Origin: Trichoplax adhaerens
Lineage: Eukaryota > Animalia > Placozoa
Direction: 5' to 3'
DNA length: 64,000 nt
Assembly (NCBI RefSeq): GCF_000150275.1
Contig: NW_002060949.1
Span: 4,222,449 to 4,286,448 of the forward strand
The notes under the pieces are model-generated. The model searched no databases, was not told the DNA's origin, and saw nothing but the letters and a program-made list of their open reading frames with translations. Within the stretch, counting starts at the first letter, position 1. Each line of letters starts with the position of its first letter. Made by a program: the position numbers and the translations under genes. Of the stretch, positions 57,280 through 64,000 are shown in pieces.

Positions 57280-57510
57280 GCGGATAATTTACCGCGTTCA
57301 ATTAATTTTACGCCGTACAGGATTGAATGCTGTAAAATATTCAATCCACCCTCGTAATATCAAAACAGATATACTTTACTGCATTCGATTAATTTTAAGG
57401 AGTATAGGATTGAACGCTGTAAAGTATTCAATTCATTCTCGTAATATCAAATCGAGATTGATATTGTTTTCATTTTATACTATTACATTGGACAGCGGTA
57501 AATTGTCCGC
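57280..57510. mobile_element. Small TIR-bounded element with internal tandem duplication (second MITE/foldback-like family)
   Basis: GCGGATAATTTACCGC (57280-57295) and GCGGTAAATTGTCCGC (57495-57510) are 15/16 inverted. The interior holds two ~87-bp copies of ..TTAATTTTA..AGGATTGAA.GCTGTAAA.TATTCAAT..CTCGTAATATCAAA. Confidence 0.6.
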
Positions 57511-59096
57511 GTCAAATTGTCTTAGATACGCTAATGATATAGTAAAATCTCCAGTAAATAGTTAGCTGACAATTATTTGATTATCATGGAGCCAAAATTC
57601 AATACAATTCATTCATGCTATAAGATGAGCTTCGCGTATTACAATATAACAACTCTGTTAGCCGTTTGCTAATAGATGCAAAATGTAGTTAACTGCATTT
57701 ATTGGTAGGGTAAATCGATAACTGATGCAATTGTAGGCAGATACTGTAGATAGATACAATACACGTCAGTCAATTTAGGCAAAACAGACCCGGCGGCTAT
57801 ATTATAACCGAGTAAATTTGCTCGCCATGTATATAGATTGAGACGACCATAGAAATGATTGCAGCCCTCATTCCTTCATAGATAGTGTATAGTAATAGCG
57901 GTAAGAAGAGAGAGAGAGATGGAACTTCTACTGATTATACACCCCTAGTTTTAAATTAATTAATCATATAGAGTATGTAAGTAAAATAACAATCGATTTC
58001 TATTTATTTATTCGTAATTACTGTATAACAGGTGCCAGTTTAGGGATCGATCCACTTATTACAGCGAATTTCAAGGCGAACAAATACAAAGCATCAACTT
58101 AGCAATGTTAACCGAAACTATTTTGCCAATCGTGATTAGTCAACATTTATAAATGATATTCCATAAAAAATGAATAAGTAAATTGTCCTATCAACAGCAT
58201 CTTACTGTATACTGTATATTAATTTATCGATTATTTTACTACTGGTACTAGTTAAACGCTATGACCATGAACCAATAATAGCTAGCATTTTTCATAATAT
58301 GAAGAATGCTATTATTATGTTAATCATTCTTAAACTATCATTGTACTAATAGCGACAATGTGCTAAATAGTAAAATATTGATTAATTATACAGTATCTCC
58401 ATCGAGTTATATCAGTTACTCAAACTTGGAGTTGCTAGGTAGAGATAGACCCATTCCAGTATAATCTTGAATTTCATTCAAGCATTCATAACCATCATAA
58501 TACTATACACCACATTTTATTTATTGTTTTGTCCAAAAAAGTATTGAACAATAGTCTATTTTTTTGCCTGATTTATTTGTCTACTCTATCGTTCTGTGTA
58601 GGATATAAGGCGCAACTATCATATTAAATCTTTTTAACGCACCAACATTTTACTACGTAGACAAATCAACAAATTTCAGTAATTATAATACAAGAAGTTC
58701 TTATTATTCAATTTAGACAATAACAATGCATTGAAAAAATTTTGAAGTCAATACAAAAATCGTCTCATTGTCGCTAAGCAAGTTGTCTACCTTTCTAAAC
58801 CTACGACAGAAGTTTATTAGCTAGAGTACGATTCGATTGCTTTAATTATTAATATCATGACCGTATTTTGTCCCCTATATTAAAGAGAAAATATGGACAG
58901 CAAGTGAGACTTACAAGCCTAATATTTATTGGACAAAAAGAATTGGTGTAACGCCGGACTGTGTAAGTAGAGATAAGCAAAGAGGGAAAAGAGAAAATCA
59001 CATAGTCATTACAATCAAACGAGTTCTTTTTACTTAGAATTAATCAACTAACTACTGTGACAATTATAATAATTGATCAATCGATAACTAGTACCA

Positions 59097-59969
59097 ATGG
59101 ATAGCTTACATATAAGTCATCCAAATCGCAAAGTTCAATTCAACACGGATATCAATGTTAAGCCAATACCGTCTCGAAATTTATCGGTTAAAAGGCATTA
59201 CTATCAAAATTATAGCCTTTCTAACATGACAACGACGATAAAACACAACAGCAGCCACTTTCATGAATCGGGTTTGTATAAATTATCAAGTCAAAAGGAT
59301 AGAGATCAAGAACAACGTGAAATAATTGATCATAATTATGATGATCGTTATAGTAAGCTCTATTCCATACCAATTAATTTTAAGTGGCAAATTATACCAG
59401 ATCCTAATCTCAGAAATCAATGTATTCATAGCAACAATCATGATGGCAACAACTCCTCATCGATATCGGTCCTTAGTGATCAAGTGAAACGAAATCAAAA
59501 AGCCTACTTAAATGGTCGAAAAAATAGGCAAGCTGTTCCTAAAGAATTAGTTAGCTTATGCAATGAACACATCCGACGAAAAAGCATGATGATTAAAGTT
59601 AGTGATCCTCCTAGTCTAAGTCGGTCTTTATCACGCAGTCGTAGTATTGATGTGAATAAAAAACCATCGCAAACTTCTACCAAGCCATTATCACGCCATC
59701 CAATTAAAGTAAATAGTCTACCAGTAATTCTCCCACCTGCTATCAAGATTGATTACGCTGCCGATGATACTAACGATAATCATCATCATCAACAACAGCC
59801 ACAACCACCACCACAATCGTCATCATCATCAGCATCACATCACTTTACTCGACGTCATCAAAAATCGTTTAAACCATTTCGACCAAGAACAACGTCAGAA
59901 TTGAATATTTTAACACAATTTAAATCAACTGCTCCGGTCAAATACTCTTGGTATTATAAACCATGTTGA
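59097..59969 (+). CDS. Uncharacterised basic, S/H/N/P-rich, probably disordered protein (290 aa, single exon)
   Basis: An 873-nt open frame in very AT-rich DNA is unlikely by chance. No family recognised. Confidence 0.6.
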   Translation: MDSLHISHPNRKVQFNTDINVKPIPSRNLSVKRHYYQNYSLSNMTTTIKHNSSHFHESGLYKLSSQKDRDQEQREIIDHNYDDRYSKLYSIPINFKWQIIPDPNLRNQCIHSNNHDGNNSSSISVLSDQVKRNQKAYLNGRKNRQAVPKELVSLCNEHIRRKSMMIKVSDPPSLSRSLSRSRSIDVNKKPSQTSTKPLSRHPIKVNSLPVILPPAIKIDYAADDTNDNHHHQQQPQPPPQSSSSSASHHFTRRHQKSFKPFRPRTTSELNILTQFKSTAPVKYSWYYKPC

Positions 59970-61184
59970 TTTTGAATAACTAATAATTATGGTGGCGGAT
60001 AATAACAATACAAATCATCACTGATGGATAGGTTCTTTTCTTCTTTTCACTATAAACATATTATCTACCATATCAAAAATTGGTAAAGAATTTTATCGAA
60101 ATGTTTCAAAGAGCTAACTTAGCTCGAAAAGAAACGGAATGATTTTTATCAATTAGAATTAGAATTAATTCAAAAATTACTCATGTTATGCTAAACTATA
60201 GTTAGTATTAAGGCATTTATTTTAATCAGCCACTTATGAATAGTAATATAAATTTTCAAATCTACGTACATCCCCTATTTAGGTGGACGTACCTGAGTAC
60301 TTTTACATATAGAGTATCTATGTTGGAATAATATTACATCAGATATAAAAATGCTATCACAAAAAGTGAACAAATGCAGTATAGTATACATTATACGTCT
60401 CTGATACAAACTAAGTTTACTTGTAACTGATGTTGATATCTAATGTACTCTAAATTTGTAAACCTTGTAATTATTGTAGGAATATAAAAATTCATGATTA
60501 ATCAATACGATCGTATATTTAGTCAATAAGTGTACATATACATCATTACTACTAAATTGAATATTAATCAATCTAAACTTCAAAGCCCAGATTCTATTTG
60601 GTACGTCGCCAGTTCTATAAAAGTAATCTAATCGATATGTACTGATTTGATAAATTCATTATTATATAAGCATTCATAAAAGCTGATAATAGCAATGTTG
60701 CATTCAACCAGTTGAAAAGCTGATGTATAACCGAAAACTTCACTGTTAGTGCCAATCTTTTACGAAATTTTCAACATATTTGAATGAACTCTTTACGAAC
60801 TGAGGCAAGAAGTGTAGTAACTGAATACGGCACTTTTAAACTTCTCCGAAAGGAGATTCGAAAGATCTATTGGCATTTAATTATTCTCGATGCTTTAAAA
60901 TCGATCCTAATAGCCTGCAATTATCATGTATTATTTTATGGTAGTTTAATGATTTTCTACTTAACCAAACTACTATACATACTATGTATCCAATGCATTA
61001 TGTTATTTATTAGCTATCATTTTGCTGATAGATCATATCCTTTGCGGTTTATCAATTTTCGGTATACCTATGCAGGCCATTACATGTTGTTATCCTCTAT
61101 AAGCTATTTATGATAATCTATTAATGCTGTGAAAAATTTATCATAAATCTATTCATTACAAGCACTGGACGTTGTATAAAGTGT

Positions 61185-61206
61185 TATATATATATATATA
61201 TATATA
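61185..61206. repeat. (TA)11 microsatellite
   Basis: Read directly from the sequence. Confidence 0.9.
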
Positions 61207-62567
61207 TTATCAATGCCATAAATAATATTAATATATCATTATACAAATAATCGCCCATTATTTTATATAACTTACGAACACTTAATGAATTTTTTAAACC
61301 ATAAGCACGTTAAACGATTACTTGTCACATAATTAATTATTTTAAAAAGTAGTGTAGAATGTTAGTTCAAGGAGAGTAATTAATTATGTAAAGTCTTACT
61401 CTCATTTTTATTAATCGATCTTGACCCAGATCAATTGCGATCTTCAATATGAACTGCTATCGGTATACAATAACCAATATATTGCAACGAATGATCATAT
61501 AATAAAACATACTATCGCAAAATTTTTTACCATTCTTTCAGATTCTTTACGAGTATTAATACGTCTTATTCTATATTTTCAAAATTTGTTACGTGATACT
61601 CTAGAAAATATAATGTTTCACTAATTCAATTGAAAGTTTACATAACTTTAATTGAAATATGATGTTAGAGTTAAAGTTAGTCCTTTAACTGATTCGTTTC
61701 ATTATGAGTATACTCGTAATTTCACTATTCATATTTAGTGGTTTTGACGATTGCCATGGGATTAATCAATATCACTACAGGATACAGCGCTCCTATGTTT
61801 ACACTACACTATATGTGTATTTTGCGGTCTAAATACCTCAAAAATTATATAATTATACCAGGCATTCGATTTCGCCGTAATGAACATAAACAATAATTGT
61901 TGCACTTGTGCGGTAGCTTTGAGTAAAATATTTTGATACCCAAGCATAATATGGGGTTCATATTTGTACAAATTAATGCTTACTCGTATACAGCATTACT
62001 AATATAATCAATTTACCTAGTTCTACTTACAAGGCTACGTGTGAAGATTATTCTTGCCTGAATTTGCTTTAAGAAAGTGAAAAATGCTACCAAAAATTCA
62101 TTAATTGAAACATTCCGTCAGAAATCTAGGCTAATTCATTATCAGAATTGTAGTGATTGAGCTTATATACTCTAGCTAGGTCTTATAAATCGTAATATTT
62201 AAATTTATACTTCATATTCACCAGCTATCTGATATCCGAATATTATTTATTTGATGATCTGCGTATACTATAAGATTGTAGGAAAGGTAATATACTCGTA
62301 CGCGTATGTGTAAATGTTTTTTATTCCTGGAGTTAAATGAGCGAATGTAAGGTTACGATTGAAATTGCTGTATTTATTTTTAGACATTATAAGATTATTT
62401 TTTTATCACAGCAATTGAATCCGTTAATCGGATAAATTATTTGAGGGTCCTAATTCAAAGTTTTATTATTAAAGATGGTTAGATACCTATGTTACACGGT
62501 ACGTGTTATAAGAATTTAGAGAGTCTTAATACACTAAAAACAAGTGTTGCTTTTAAGCAATTTCTGA

Positions 62568-64000
62568 TTAATCATCTAATTCAAAGATTAAATTATTCTT
62601 AAATTTTGAAGATAAATCCTTAGTAATCCGAATACTGGTTTTAGCTTGAGATAAGTCTAAATTTGTTTTAGCTTGCTGATTTTGAGAGTTGTCATCATTA
62701 TCTAGAACTTTATTTACAATTTCATTATCATCTGCACTGGTAAGCGAAGGAATATCTTCAACAGGAGATATTAATACTTTCGTATCCGGACTAGTCTTAG
62801 TTGCATCGTTATTACGGATATCTACCGATGTTTCGATAGATTTTAAATCGTCTATTGATGAAATTGAGTCATCTTTTGGGGTGGCTTTCACAGCAGAACT
62901 GCTCGTTATAAGGTTTTCTGAAGTAGCAAGTGTTATTTTCTCCTCACTTTTGTTTGCATTACTAATTTCTTGTTCGTTTTTATAAGATTTTTGATCACCG
63001 TTGTGGTCAACAGAGGATTTGGTAACGTCTTTTTCGTAAGAATCAGTCATACTGCTTTTAACTTTTTCCACATCAATATTGACTACCAATTGTTCCGAAG
63101 TTTTCTCAGCGACTTCTGCTGCCACTTTATAGTCACTACCGTTGGCCTGATAAAGTAAAATATAGAAATTTTTATATCAAGCTTCAGCCATAATCGAAAT
63201 GACAAGCGCAATATGAGATGTAATATTATCGCACAGCTTTTTAGTCAAGATGAACTAGGGAAAGAAAAGCAATTCGCGGCATATGCCGTAAACTTACCCA
63301 GTTATCATTTTCATTCTCTTGTGATAACATTTCAATATTTTCTGGAGTTATAAAAAATTTTTCCTACGCGAGATCAGAATAATTTTACTATTATACAATG
63401 CACTGTTCAATATATATGCCATTAAGGTATCTATTGAATCTCTATGTATAGCAAATAAGTTACCTCTAATTCACAGGGTGATATCCCTGCCATAAATTTT
63501 GACCACTGATATTTATAACTACTATCCTTAATTAACTTAACAACTAGATTGTAGGGCTTTATATCAATATTGCAACTATTAATGTTGAAACACCCATCAA
63601 TAAATTCAGTGTATAGAGAAAAATGCTTGATTTCTCTTTCAGTTGTATTAGTTGCTTCTGTAGCCGAAAATTCTAATGAGAACTAAATAGATAGCGACGA
63701 TATTAATAAGTAACATATATATGAACATGTAAGAAGTGAATACGGTGATGAAAGAAGCTACCTGTCGTTCTAAAAATTTGGATTTCATTGTAGATGAATC
63801 AATATCTTGCACATGAATTACAAAGACAACTTCATCGTCAGTTTGAGAATATGTATATTGTGGGCTATTAACTTCATCTGGTAAACGAAAATAATCTTCA
63901 TTAGTAAGTCCATTCAAAGCTAGTAAGAAAGAATAACTAGCATACTTTTGATTGGTTTACTTTCCGATGAGTCTTGAATCTGTAATGCAACGGAAGACAA
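62568..64000 (-). CDS. DNAAF2: Dynein axonemal assembly factor 2 (kintoun/PF13), 3' part; the gene continues beyond the window
   Basis: CS-like PQYTYSQTDDEVVFVIHVQDID; WSKFMAGISPCELE|EKFFITPENI resembles kintoun W..G...LEERLFVNEENV; a long acidic linker; terminal FKNNLIFELDD* resembles the kintoun F.N.L.Y/FD/ELD end. Confidence 0.8.

Overview
AT-rich, compact, intron-dense eukaryotic DNA with short GT-AG introns and metazoan-type genes. The style suggests an early-branching animal such as a placozoan (Trichoplax-like), which is inference only. Hand splicing gives, in order: PPM1G (+, first exon outside the window), a neurocalcin/hippocalcin-type Ca2+ sensor (+), RAE1 (-), a giant ROCO gene (+, 18.1-36.6 kb), TM9SF4 (+), ELP3 (-), RPS21 (+), a syntaxin-7/12-like Qa-SNARE (-), an orphan 290-aa ORF (+) and the 3' part of DNAAF2/kintoun (-). 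The standout is the ROCO gene (about 50 exons, roughly 3,000 aa by summing my exon calls). It splices into one reading frame holding two complete LRR-ROC-COR-[insert]-C-terminal cassettes head to tail. Cassette 1 has a degenerate (pseudo-GTPase) ROC followed by a Cys-rich segment, a SPRY domain and an intact methyl-lysine-reader MBT repeat. Cassette 2 has an EF-hand inside its LRRs, an intact ROC GTPase and two TIR domains that keep the NADase-type Glu, and it ends in a CaaX box (CILL). Two inverted copies of one MITE family bracket this gene. Other points: a U12-type intron in ELP3, two GC-AG introns, GTAC-based palindromic arrays at gene 5' ends, and possible cryptic 3' exons for the calcium sensor. 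All gene models and domain calls were made by eye, with no database searches.
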